A stretch of 64,000 nucleotides of DNA from Candidatus Thorarchaeota archaeon (GCA_008080745.1 SHMX01000001.1:308617-372616), one strand, 5' to 3'. Counted from the first letter of the stretch, positions 28,871-38,094 are shown. Numbers and translations are program-made. Notes: a model not told the origin generated them from the letters alone.

Positions 28871-29572
28871 TTATCGGCGCATGATGAGTACCGGATTCTC
28901 AAGAAGCGGTCTAATTTCATCTTTAACGTGGAAGGTCTCATCTCCTACGGTGACTTCCAGCAATTTTCTCAGCTCAAAACGTCTCAAATAACCCACAGCT
29001 TGCTCTCGTCCCAGACTAAGATCACTCATGAGCTTACTGAGACCGTCACTCTGTCCACTGTATTCTGCAAATTTAGCAAAAACTGAACTCCACTGCATCA
29101 TAGAAAGATAGAGCAATGTTCGAAGGAGACGATCAACATTCTCGCCAGTTTTCGCAGAACAAGGGATTACAGGTACACCGGCAAGAAAACTCATACGTTT
29201 CCTGAGTTCATCAACATGCCTAGCACCCTCTGCATCCTGCTTGTTTGCCGCTACAATACAGGGAACTCCTGGCAGGAAGAAAGCAATTTCTCGGAAGAAA
29301 AGGCGTGCACGAGCATCAGCCTCAGGATCTACCGAATCGACAACAAATATGATACCATCCGCGCCAGAGCTGAGAATCTTTCTCATTGTTCTGAAACGTA
29401 ATAGTCCGGGAGTGCCAAACATGAAAACACTCATACCATCAACATTTGCAAGTCCATGGTCCATTGCAATAGTAGTTCCACGGCGTTCGATATTGATACA
29501 AGCACCATCTGTGATGGTGTGAATCATCTTGCTCTTTCCTGATTCGTATGGCCCTGTGACTACAATCTTCAT
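28871..29572 (-). CDS. Atypical small GTPase lacking the switch II Gln/Asp
   Basis: P-loop GPYESGKS, G3 motif FGTPGLL (in place of DxxGQ) and G4 motif NKQD. It has an about 80-aa C-terminal extension. It is the first gene of the GTPase/TPR/surface-protein/Roadblock cluster. Confidence 0.7.
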   Translation of the reverse strand: MKIVVTGPYESGKSKMIHTITDGACINIERRGTTIAMDHGLANVDGMSVFMFGTPGLLRFRTMRKILSSGADGIIFVVDSVDPEADARARLFFREIAFFLPGVPCIVAANKQDAEGARHVDELRKRMSFLAGVPVIPCSAKTGENVDRLLRTLLYLSMMQWSSVFAKFAEYSGQSDGLSKLMSDLSLGREQAVGYLRRFELRKLLEVTVGDETFHVKDEIRPLLENPVLIMRR

Positions 29573-29602
29573 GTTAATGCACCCTTTATTCAGGTATTGT
29601 TT

Positions 29603-29650
29603 CCCATATACGATATGGGGATTTAATGTTTATCGTATTAAATCCCATAG
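29603..29650. repeat. Nested palindromes upstream of the atypical GTPase gene
   Basis: cccatatacgatatggg is a perfect 7-bp-arm palindrome (29603-29619). Its atatggggatttaat half (29613-29627) also pairs with attaaatcccatag (29637-29650) across a 9-nt loop. The two structures are mutually exclusive. Confidence 0.5.
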
Positions 29651-29959
29651 GTCGAGGACTCATCAGGTACTTATTTCGACGATTGCCGAAGTAGTGTTCT
29701 CCAAAGAAGTTATATCGACAAAACACGAAGTATTATATGAATAATATAATTGGAGCGAATTATCATTGTCCGAGATAAAAGAAACAGTTCAGCAGGAATT
29801 CTGGTTATTCCATGAGGAAAATATCGACGAGCTGGTTGAACTTAGAAAATTCATGGATCCAGAAATAGACTTGAAGAGCCTAGAGGGAATTACAGATATC
29901 TTCGACCGTCTGAATCATCTTCTTGGCTAAGACTCGTATTCAAATTCGGTTATTTTATG

Positions 29960-29996
29960 GAAGAGATGAGACCGTCCGCTCGCGACGGCCCTCCTC
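29960..29996 (-). ncRNA. Candidate SECIS-like stem-loop in the selD 3' UTR
   Basis: It lies 32-68 nt downstream of the selD stop. The mRNA-sense sequence is GAGGAG-GGCCGUC-GCGAGCG-GACGGUC-UCAU-CUCUUC. It forms a 6-bp lower helix, a 4-nt 3'-side internal loop, a GC-rich 7-bp upper helix and a 7-nt apical loop. I did not see the archaeal consensus GAA/A bulge. Confidence 0.3.
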
Positions 29997-30027
29997 AATC
30001 ACTTTCCATTATTGGTTTAAAGTGATA

Positions 30028-31062
30028 TCATGGGAAATCGGTCTCTATGAATTCTACATCTTCAGCTAAAACAGCAGAAGGATTAGCGGAAGCTTTTCTT
30101 ACGGTTCCAATAGGCCAAGCGGGTAAGCCATATCCATACAATTCTTGAACAAAACTCTCAACTTTCTCACGTGAGAGAAATACCAGCATTCCGCCAGCAG
30201 TCTCTGCACCAAGTCCAACGGAGAGTTTGTGTCCAAAGAATGATGCAAGTTCTAGGGTACCACGGATGACAGGAAGTACATTCAACTGGATATCTACACA
30301 GCTCAGGGATGCAACATTCATTGCATGTCCAAGAACACCAAAGCCAGTCACATCAGTAGCGGCATGCACACCAATAGTCCTCATAGCCTTGGCAACCTCA
30401 AGATTACTCTGAGTCATTATCTTCACTGCAGTTTCCTGCATTCTAAGAAGTTCATGTTCATCGAACTCTGCAAGAAGTGCGTCACGCTTCTCATCCTTAA
30501 GATCACGATAAGACCTCATGGCAGGTTGAATACCAAGAGGCTTTGTCAATACAATTGCGTCACCAGGACGTGCACCACTTGAATAGATGACATCATTTGG
30601 ATGCAAAACACCCAGACAAATACCACCAAATACTGGACACGGATTTGTGATTGTCTGACCACCAGTAACTTTCGTGCCCAACCGTTCCATGAAGTCATTC
30701 ATGCCCTTGAGGACATCTGCAATGATGCTTTCCTCCAAGTCTTTTGGATAAGCCATGAATGCTTGTAAGGATACAATATCCGTTGAACCCATAGCAAATA
30801 CATCGTTTGTTGCATTACATGCTACAATCTCACCTTGCGTATAGGGATCATCATGGATTGGTGTAAACACATCCACATTTTCCACAATGGCTATATCCTC
30901 ACTCAGAACTTGTGTCACCGCATCATCACCTAGCTGACCAGAACATGAAGTTTCAGCGGGAAGCAGTCCAGCTTTTTGAAGTAATCGGGTCAGGTCATCC
31001 TGCTTGACCTTGCAGCTTCAGCCATGCGAAGTTACCAATGTTGTCAGTCGTATTTTTGACAC
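30028..31062 (-). CDS. selD: Selenophosphate synthetase (selenide, water dikinase) with in-frame UGA-encoded selenocysteine
   Basis: The ORF track starts at GTG 30918. Extending in frame gives ...RLTTLVTSHG-[TGA 31020-31018]-SCKVKQDDLTRLL..., with a GTG start at 31062-31060 and an in-frame TAG four codons further upstream. This aligns with E. coli SelD [30 protein letters not shown], with the TGA at the catalytic Cys17/Sec position. Downstream motifs are VDVFTPIHDDPY and NDVFAMG. Confidence 0.8.
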
Positions 31063-31206
31063 TTGGGTATTCTACCTCCATATTTTCTAGGACGTAAATC
31101 CTAACACATTATGATTCAACATCCAAGATAAGTCCTGAGTTTCTGTTGTCCTGTCACAATGCTTATAGCAAACCCGAAGAGTCTTTTCTTTGAGACAGAG
31201 GATTGA

Positions 31207-32658
31207 TTGATAGTGGAGATCAAGAAGATAGCTGAAAATATCTATGAGATTCCAAAGGGTACCAACAAATGCATGAGAGTTCCCGTCCATGTCCATGCAT
31301 CTCAAGCCCTTGTTAGCAAAATGAAGCAAGACAAGACGTTCACACAAGGAACAAATGTGGCATGTCTTCCAGGCATTCATTCTCATAGTATAATTCTACC
31401 CGATGGTCATCAAGGATATGGATTCCCTATTGGAGGAGTTGCAGCCCTTGACTACGAGTCAGGAGTAATCTCCCCAGGAGGAGTAGGATATGACATCAAC
31501 TGTGGTGTTCGAGTATTGCGCACGAACATGGACGAAGCAGATGTTCGTCCAAAGATTAGAGAGCTAATTGATAGGCTCTTTGATGATGTACCAACAGGTG
31601 TAGGAAGATCAGGAAAGATCCGATTTCAAGGCAAGAAAGGCGTAGAAGAAGTTCTGGAACTTGGGGCAAAGTGGGCCGTCGAAAATGGTTATGGTTGGGA
31701 AGAAGACCTAGAACATACCGAGGCAAACGGAAGCTTAGAGATTGCAGATGCCTCAAAAGTATCTGAACAAGCCAAGAAGAGAGGAACCAGTCAAGTTGGC
31801 ACACTGGGGTCAGGAAATCACTTTCTGGAGATTCAGATGGTTGATCAGATATACAATGAGGAAGCTGCTAAAGCCATGGGAATCACTAGAGAAGGACAGA
31901 TTACAATTATGATCCATAGTGGTTCGCGAGGTCTAGGTCATCAAGTATGTAGTGATTATATCAAAACCATGACCAAAGCCATGCGGAAGTATAACATTGA
32001 TGTTCCTGAACGAGAGCTTTGCTGTGCACCTACCACATCTCCTGAAGGACAAGCATACTTGGGAGCAATGAGCGCAGCGGCGAATTATGCCTGGGCAAAT
32101 AGACAGGCAATGATGCATTGGTCCCGGGAGGCAATATCAAAAGTATTGGGAGAAGATTCAGAAGACCTTGATATGAAACTGATCTATGATGTTGCCCACA
32201 ATATGGCCAAGATAGAAGAACACGAAATAGAAGGAAAGAAGACAAAAGTCGTCGTTCATAGAAAAGGAGCCACTCGTGCATTTCCGGCGGGACATCCAGA
32301 AACTCCTGCAGCCTACAAAGATGTTGGACAACCAGTTTTAATTCCAGGTACCATGGGAACTGCTTCCTACATACTTGTTGGAAACCCCAGAGGAATGGAA
32401 TTGACCTTTGGTTCTACAGCTCACGGAGCAGGACGTCTTATGAGTAGAACCAGAGCTAAGAAGCAATTCTATGGGAAAGATGTCCAGAGAGATCTTGCAG
32501 GAGAGGGCATAATTGTCAAATCTACAAAGGCAGTGGTTGTCGCCGAGGAGGCCCCAGGGGCTTACAAGGACGTAGATGAAGTTGTCAAGGTATCTGATGC
32601 ACTCGGAATTGCTAAGAAGGTAGTTAGGCTAAAACCGATTGGTGTCATTAAAGGCTAA
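31207..32658 (+). CDS. rtcB: RNA-splicing ligase RtcB
   Basis: 483 aa with GGVGYDINCGVR, the metal-binding His residues (HFLEIQ, HSGSRGLGHQ) and the C-terminal NPRGMELTFGSTAHGAGR. Confidence 0.9.
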   Translation: MIVEIKKIAENIYEIPKGTNKCMRVPVHVHASQALVSKMKQDKTFTQGTNVACLPGIHSHSIILPDGHQGYGFPIGGVAALDYESGVISPGGVGYDINCGVRVLRTNMDEADVRPKIRELIDRLFDDVPTGVGRSGKIRFQGKKGVEEVLELGAKWAVENGYGWEEDLEHTEANGSLEIADASKVSEQAKKRGTSQVGTLGSGNHFLEIQMVDQIYNEEAAKAMGITREGQITIMIHSGSRGLGHQVCSDYIKTMTKAMRKYNIDVPERELCCAPTTSPEGQAYLGAMSAAANYAWANRQAMMHWSREAISKVLGEDSEDLDMKLIYDVAHNMAKIEEHEIEGKKTKVVVHRKGATRAFPAGHPETPAAYKDVGQPVLIPGTMGTASYILVGNPRGMELTFGSTAHGAGRLMSRTRAKKQFYGKDVQRDLAGEGIIVKSTKAVVVAEEAPGAYKDVDEVVKVSDALGIAKKVVRLKPIGVIKG

Positions 32659-33575
32659 TTCTTTTTTTTGCGAGTTCTGGCGGCAATATCCGCCAGAACC
32701 AAAGCAATTCCAAGCAGGATGATTGTAAATCCTACGAGGGTAAGTAGTGAGGGAATCTCTCCGAGAAATATAGCTGCTAGTATAGTTGCACCAATTGGTT
32801 CTCCGAGGACCGCAGACGAAACGACATATGCTGGAACTAGAGTAAGTAGATAGTTGTTGACTGAATGTCCCAAAGCGGTGGGAAATATAGCCAGCGCGAT
32901 GAAGATTACATATTCAGACCACTCTACAACAAATATATTGATTCCACTGAACATGCATATTGCTAGGGTGACGATTGACGCCGTAAAATATACTATTGAA
33001 GTGTAAACCGTTATAGGAAGTCCCTTTGCAAATTTTCTCCCACCTATGAAGTAGATTGCAAGAAAGAGTCCGCTCAATAGAGCAAGCATATCACCAAATA
33101 GAGCCCCAAAGCCCACAGTAGTCAGATCAGTCCAAGCAAGAAGAATCGCGCCAGTAACTGCTGTGAAAACTCCACTCCAAGATTTCCGCCCTAATGCTTC
33201 TTTGAGAACTACTGTAGAGAGAATTGCCGTGAAGATGGGAGAGGTGTTAACAAGAACAACACTAGCTGCTACTGTTGTCAGGAATAGGGAGGTAAACCAG
33301 AAGGAAAAGTGTAAGGAAAGGATTACGCCGATGGCTAGGAGCCAAGTCCATCTGGTCTTTACTGTTGAATAGCTCTTTTTGAAATCGTTCCGCGCCAAAC
33401 CAGCGCTGGCCATAAGAATACCACCTAAAAGGGTGCGCCAAAACACAATCACCAAAGGATGCGATAAACTAAATCGAATCAAAATGCTCGCGCTGGACAC
33501 CATTGATACCGACAGTACAAGAAGGAGAATTATCTGGACCTTATTGTCATCATCAATAGTATATAGCTCTGCCAT
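32655..33575 (-). CDS. DMT superfamily (EamA-like) transporter
   Basis: Ten predicted TM helices arranged as two EamA-like halves. Confidence 0.55.
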   Translation of the reverse strand: MAELYTIDDDNKVQIILLLVLSVSMVSSASILIRFSLSHPLVIVFWRTLLGGILMASAGLARNDFKKSYSTVKTRWTWLLAIGVILSLHFSFWFTSLFLTTVAASVVLVNTSPIFTAILSTVVLKEALGRKSWSGVFTAVTGAILLAWTDLTTVGFGALFGDMLALLSGLFLAIYFIGGRKFAKGLPITVYTSIVYFTASIVTLAICMFSGINIFVVEWSEYVIFIALAIFPTALGHSVNNYLLTLVPAYVVSSAVLGEPIGATILAAIFLGEIPSLLTLVGFTIILLGIALVLADIAARTRKKKN

Positions 33576-33578
33576 TAT

Positions 33579-34079
33579 TCACACCGATATTTCTGAGTTG
33601 CAGAGTATACATACTTGAGTGTCATCTGTTTTTTTCATGGTCCATGATTCGCAATCTGGACATTCTTTTACTACAAGTGACGTTAGTTCGTGTTCTTCCA
33701 AGAAGGACACAACTTCATCAGTAGTAGAATACCCAATGACAGTGATGCCGCTAGCACCTCTAACCATTCGTGACAACATCTCCAAGTCACCTTGGAAAAA
33801 GGCAAGAACTGGTATCCTCTCCAGTATTGCTAACATTAGCTCCATACCCACACCAAGAGATGGCTTGGAAACCTCTGCAATCACAAAATCACTCTCTCTC
33901 ACCCAGCGAACATCACGTTCATAGATTTCTTTGGAGGGAAGTGGAGGAACAAACTGTGGTGCAAAGACCGAGTGTCCTTTCCTTTCAAGTACGGTGATTA
34001 CACCCTTGTAAAAATCATCTCTTCGAAGTTGTTTGTGTATAATAGGACCTGAGAGATAGATCTGCACCATGAAGATCAC
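33579..34079 (-). CDS. Nucleoside 2-deoxyribosyltransferase-like protein with a C-terminal zinc ribbon
   Basis: YLSGPI ... DFVIAEVSKPSLGVGMELMLA, a Rossmann-like flavodoxin-type fold motif. The C-terminal Cys pattern is CPDC ... CILC. Confidence 0.5.
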   Translation of the reverse strand: MIFMVQIYLSGPIIHKQLRRDDFYKGVITVLERKGHSVFAPQFVPPLPSKEIYERDVRWVRESDFVIAEVSKPSLGVGMELMLAILERIPVLAFFQGDLEMLSRMVRGASGITVIGYSTTDEVVSFLEEHELTSLVVKECPDCESWTMKKTDDTQVCILCNSEISV

Positions 34080-34092
34080 CTATGCAAGAGAG

Positions 34093-34464
34093 TTATTCCT
34101 CGGATGCAACTTTGCTTGGGATTGACATCAATTCATTTAGAGATGGAAGTGTTTCATCATCATCAATCTCTTCAATTTCGCCAGAACGCCCAAGAGATAG
34201 TTGTAGTTTGCCTTTCCACTCTTTAGCCCAACCATTTTTTATCTTGATTACTTTCCCAGCTGATAAATCAGAAGCTTTGCCAAAACCCCAGAGAGAGAGA
34301 ACAACACGTTTGGTTTCATCGGCCACCAATACCTCAGTTAGTTGAGTTTTTCTCCCACCGCGAGTAGTGATAATTCGTGGGGGTGCCACAGATATAACGC
34401 GAACTATCAATTCTGGTACGCCTTTATCAGGTTCAACATCTTCAATTTTCAATGATAACCACAA
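34093..34464 (-). CDS. OB-fold nucleic-acid-binding protein (SSB/RPA-like)
   Basis: Beta-rich 123-aa protein (IVRVISVAPPRIITTRGGRKTQLTEVLVADETKRVVLSLWGF) with an acidic C-terminal tail. Confidence 0.4.
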   Translation of the reverse strand: MWLSLKIEDVEPDKGVPELIVRVISVAPPRIITTRGGRKTQLTEVLVADETKRVVLSLWGFGKASDLSAGKVIKIKNGWAKEWKGKLQLSLGRSGEIEEIDDDETLPSLNELMSIPSKVASEE

Positions 34465-34536
34465 TTAAGGAAAATTGCTCATTACAAATCAAGCTTCCGA
34501 GTGAGGCAGAAAGAGGATTTATGAAGTTTGCAGCAT

Positions 34537-36126
34537 TTAATCTGTATCTTCATCATCTTCATCAGCATTATGCAACTTGACTGGTTCCATCCGTCCTAGT
34601 ATCTGTTCGAGTTCTGTAATTGTTCTCTTTGTAACAGAGAGGGGTTCTTCTACTTTATCTTCAAGATGCTCTTCTTCAGAAAGAGTTACAGGTTCCATTA
34701 CGCCGAGTATCTGTTCTAGTTCTTTGATAGCACTTCCCGAAACAGTCTCACGTGGATGTTCTTCCGTCGAAATATCTCCCACTTCTTCACTCTTCAATGC
34801 TCTGAGACTCTCTTCGATTTCGTCTTCAGAAACCATTTCGATTTCTGATTCAACTTCAGCATCGGCCTCAAGAGCTTCTGATATTGCTTTCTTTGGATCA
34901 ACGGGCTCATCGACAACTTCTGATTCTATATCCGGGGTTTCTTCAAACGACTCGGATATAATCTCCTCTGGGGGTTTCTCAGAAATAATATCTTCCTCAT
35001 ATGATTCTTCAGCAGATTCTATATCTCCGCTCTCAGACACCTCGACATATTCCTCAACTATCTCATAGTCACCCGCTTCGATATCGGCTTCATCGATTAT
35101 CTGACCATCTTCATCTACAAGAACCTCGACTATTTCGTATTCCTCGTCTTCCTCAAGCTCTTCTTCATCATATTCTTCATCGTCATCTAAACCATCAAGT
35201 TGAGAGATCTCTTCTTCGAGCTCGTCTGCAAAGCGCAAAATTTCCGTTGCTGGCAAATCAGGAAGGGTGACACCAACATATTGGGCAGCTGCATTCATCA
35301 AGATTCGCAACATCTCATCACGGCGACTCTTATCTACAGCAACCATCGGATATGTGGGGACACCAAGTATTTTCTGAATCACTTCCGGTCGCATTGCGTT
35401 AGGTTTGTCCTGTTTATTTGCTATCACAAATAGAGGAACTTTTGGAGCATCTCTTCGAATGAGTTTCATGATATCTTTGCTTACTATTACATTTCGCAGA
35501 GAAGAGTCACAGACCAGAAAGATGACGTCTGCACCATGGAAATAAAATCTCCAGAGCTTTCTGAAACGTTCCTGCCCTGCAAAATCCCAAAGTACAAGGC
35601 TGTAGTTTCCAAAACGGATATTTTCAACAGTTTCTAGATTTAATGCAATGGTTGGTACATACTGAGTAGGAGGGGTATCTCCTAATAGAAGATGAAGTGT
35701 GGTGGTCTTACCCACACCACCCTCTCCGACTAGGGCGATTTTGAGTTTTGTAGTAACCGATGATTCGATAAGACCTTCAAAATCTTGAATCGTCATTCCT
35801 AGACCTTTTGAACTGATGTATTTCTTTAGAATCTTAATTCCTTTCTTCAATTTCTCGCCAAGGCTTTTATCGTCCTCACCAAGATCACCCACCATCAGTA
35901 AAATTGTATCATTTGTGACCTCGGATGCCATCATCTTATGTTCATGGATATTTAGGGGGATGTTTATGAAGTCACTACCCGATGCTTGTTTTATCTCAGA
36001 CCGAGTAGCTAAAAACTCATCAATTTCCGCCTGTGAAACCTCTATGGGCCAATATTGTGCAGTGGCCAGAACTTTACCCGAGAGATCGATAAGGAATGTA
36101 TTGTGAATCACGTCTATATTCACCAT
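34537..36126 (-). CDS. Fusion protein: N-terminal Roadblock/longin-like domain, Ras-like small GTPase and a repetitive acidic tail
   Basis: Residues 1-125 are an alpha/beta domain (VIHNTFLIDLSGKVLATAQ ...). The G domain carries IALVGEGGVGKTTTL, WDFAGQERF and NKQD. It is followed by about 220 aa of D/E-rich sequence with a tandem motif ELEQILG[VR]MEPV[TK]L, visible as a DNA-level repeat at about 34590-34760. Confidence 0.75.
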   Translation of the reverse strand: MVNIDVIHNTFLIDLSGKVLATAQYWPIEVSQAEIDEFLATRSEIKQASGSDFINIPLNIHEHKMMASEVTNDTILLMVGDLGEDDKSLGEKLKKGIKILKKYISSKGLGMTIQDFEGLIESSVTTKLKIALVGEGGVGKTTTLHLLLGDTPPTQYVPTIALNLETVENIRFGNYSLVLWDFAGQERFRKLWRFYFHGADVIFLVCDSSLRNVIVSKDIMKLIRRDAPKVPLFVIANKQDKPNAMRPEVIQKILGVPTYPMVAVDKSRRDEMLRILMNAAAQYVGVTLPDLPATEILRFADELEEEISQLDGLDDDEEYDEEELEEDEEYEIVEVLVDEDGQIIDEADIEAGDYEIVEEYVEVSESGDIESAEESYEEDIISEKPPEEIISESFEETPDIESEVVDEPVDPKKAISEALEADAEVESEIEMVSEDEIEESLRALKSEEVGDISTEEHPRETVSGSAIKELEQILGVMEPVTLSEEEHLEDKVEEPLSVTKRTITELEQILGRMEPVKLHNADEDDEDTD

Positions 36127-36246
36127 TTTTCTTGATTTACTTGGACGAATACTAACCTTTCTTACTATGTCATCTTAATACAGTATATCAGATATATGGG
36201 TGCTTTATATCCACAGCACTATAAAATGTAATTGTGAGGGACAATA

Positions 36247-37182
36247 ATGAGTCAGAGTATTACAATAGAGCCAGGTAGCCTTCAGAAGTGTGATGATATT
36301 GCAAGAATATACAATGCGGTCAGTTCCAGAGATAACCCAGATCATGTGGATATAGATGGAGAGTACTACCGTTCAGCATACCAATCACCAAGAGTGAATG
36401 TGGAAAGAGATGTAATCTTGGCCAGATTGAAGGGAGTGGGAATAGTAGGATATGGCACTGCCTTTAGGGCTAGTGAACAGAATATACCGATATCACGTAC
36501 ATCTCTTAAGGTACATCCAGAATATACGGGACTGGGAGTAGGTTCTAGATTATTTCAAGAAATCATGAAGATTGCTAAGGCTCAGAAATCTCGAAAGGCT
36601 ATATGTAACATTCCGGACTTTAGGCCCTCAGCACTTGAATTTGCTCAGAGAAGAGAAATGCGTCCCACTAAATATTGGATCAAGATGTCTCACCTTGATA
36701 TTCGGACGGTTAAATTAGAAGAGAAAACGAGTGATCTAGTCATTAAAGAGATACATCCTGTTGCTGATGCAGAAAGGTGGGCAAACCTCCAAAATGAGAT
36801 ATTCCAAGACCGTATTGGATATACCCCTGTGACTCCGGAGTTTCTCACGAATTTTAGTCAAAATGATAGGTTTGTATCAGAATTTGCACTATTCGGAATT
36901 TCAAATGGAGAACCAGTTGTCTATGTAATGGGGACAAAATTATCGTCATCATCAAATGAGGAAATACGCCTTTTGATAGAAGGAATAGGCACACTGAAAG
37001 AACACAGACGCAAAAGGTATGGTAAATCAATACTACATGAGCTATTCCGCAGAGCCAAATCTAAAGGAATCTATCGATCGGATTTAGTAGTGGATAACGA
37101 AGAAGAAGCTGCAAGACAATTCTACTTGTGTTTAGGTTATGAAGAACGCTATCGTCGCATACGATATGAAATAAACCTTTGA
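36247..37182 (+). CDS. Tandem-domain GNAT N-acetyltransferase
   Basis: Two acetyl-CoA-binding motif A regions: VHPEYTGLGVGSRLFQEI, and RKRYGKSILHELFRRAKSKG with the LGYEE-type motif. Confidence 0.7.
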   Translation: MSQSITIEPGSLQKCDDIARIYNAVSSRDNPDHVDIDGEYYRSAYQSPRVNVERDVILARLKGVGIVGYGTAFRASEQNIPISRTSLKVHPEYTGLGVGSRLFQEIMKIAKAQKSRKAICNIPDFRPSALEFAQRREMRPTKYWIKMSHLDIRTVKLEEKTSDLVIKEIHPVADAERWANLQNEIFQDRIGYTPVTPEFLTNFSQNDRFVSEFALFGISNGEPVVYVMGTKLSSSSNEEIRLLIEGIGTLKEHRRKRYGKSILHELFRRAKSKGIYRSDLVVDNEEEAARQFYLCLGYEERYRRIRYEINL

Positions 37183-37186
37183 ACAA

Positions 37187-37834
37187 TCAGCTTTCTCTTG
37201 CTAACTGAAATATCCGAGTCTTTCTTTTTTCTTCCTCGTAAGAAAATTCTGACTCATGAGAAATATCGGATTGTAGTGGAAAACCAGTTATTGATGGATG
37301 ATAATTGGGGTCTCCAAAAAATTTCACGAGGATGCCGTTTCTCTTGCAGACGTGATATAATGTCGCCACAGCAACAGAGGTCCAAGAAGAAACATCTAGT
37401 GTCCCGACATCCAAAAATTCCCGTACCATCAGGCTGAAGGGTTGAGCAAAATCAGCTGAAACATTTGCAGCTATTATATCCAAAGCCAATTTTCTACCTT
37501 TGATATCAGCATTCATGTACATCTCAATCAATCTATTCATAGCTGTATCTGAACCCAGAATAGACATGGTACGAAGTCCTAACAGCCAAGCATCGAGATC
37601 ATCGGATTTTACTAATTCTTCACAAATATCCAGAACACGACGGTCTCCACGCAGTGCCAACTCATACATAACAGTTTCACGTAAAGGTAATTGCAAAGTG
37701 GAATTATTAGCAGACTGAAACAGCTTCCCCGAATCAACATTGCTATAGGGACGAGAGAAATCCCAATTATCACTAGGATTTCGAATTATGCAGAGTTCGC
37801 AAGTTGTCATAAAATAGAATTCCAATGATGCCAT
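37187..37834 (-). CDS. Hypothetical helical (HEAT-like) repeat protein
   Basis: 215 aa of alpha-helical repeats (LALRGDRRVLDICEELVKSDDLDAWLLGLRTMSILG). Weak call. Confidence 0.4.
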   Translation of the reverse strand: MASLEFYFMTTCELCIIRNPSDNWDFSRPYSNVDSGKLFQSANNSTLQLPLRETVMYELALRGDRRVLDICEELVKSDDLDAWLLGLRTMSILGSDTAMNRLIEMYMNADIKGRKLALDIIAANVSADFAQPFSLMVREFLDVGTLDVSSWTSVAVATLYHVCKRNGILVKFFGDPNYHPSITGFPLQSDISHESEFSYEEEKRKTRIFQLARES

Positions 37835-38094
37835 TTAAGCCCGTAATAACACAGTTTCGATGAATTCGAACCTAAAATCGGGAATAATTTAGCAAAGAAC
37901 AACAAAATAATAGCCTATAATTACCTAATATTGCAAATGAATTCATTTTAACACCTCGGAGAAGTTGTAGAAGCACCATATATCTTCAATAGTATAATGA
38001 AACATACTAAGACCCAGTTACACTCTATGACAATTTCTAATTGATTTCTTAATACTAACATCTTAGATCAACAACATCTGATGAGGAGAAGCAT

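Noticed and set aside
30028-30918. The 296-aa SelD ORF starting at GTG 30918, as given in the ORF track
   Set aside because: It lacks the N-terminal catalytic loop. The same frame continues upstream through TGA to a GTG at 31062, with a perfect SelD N-terminal alignment. The short form is therefore a truncation artefact of treating UGA as stop.
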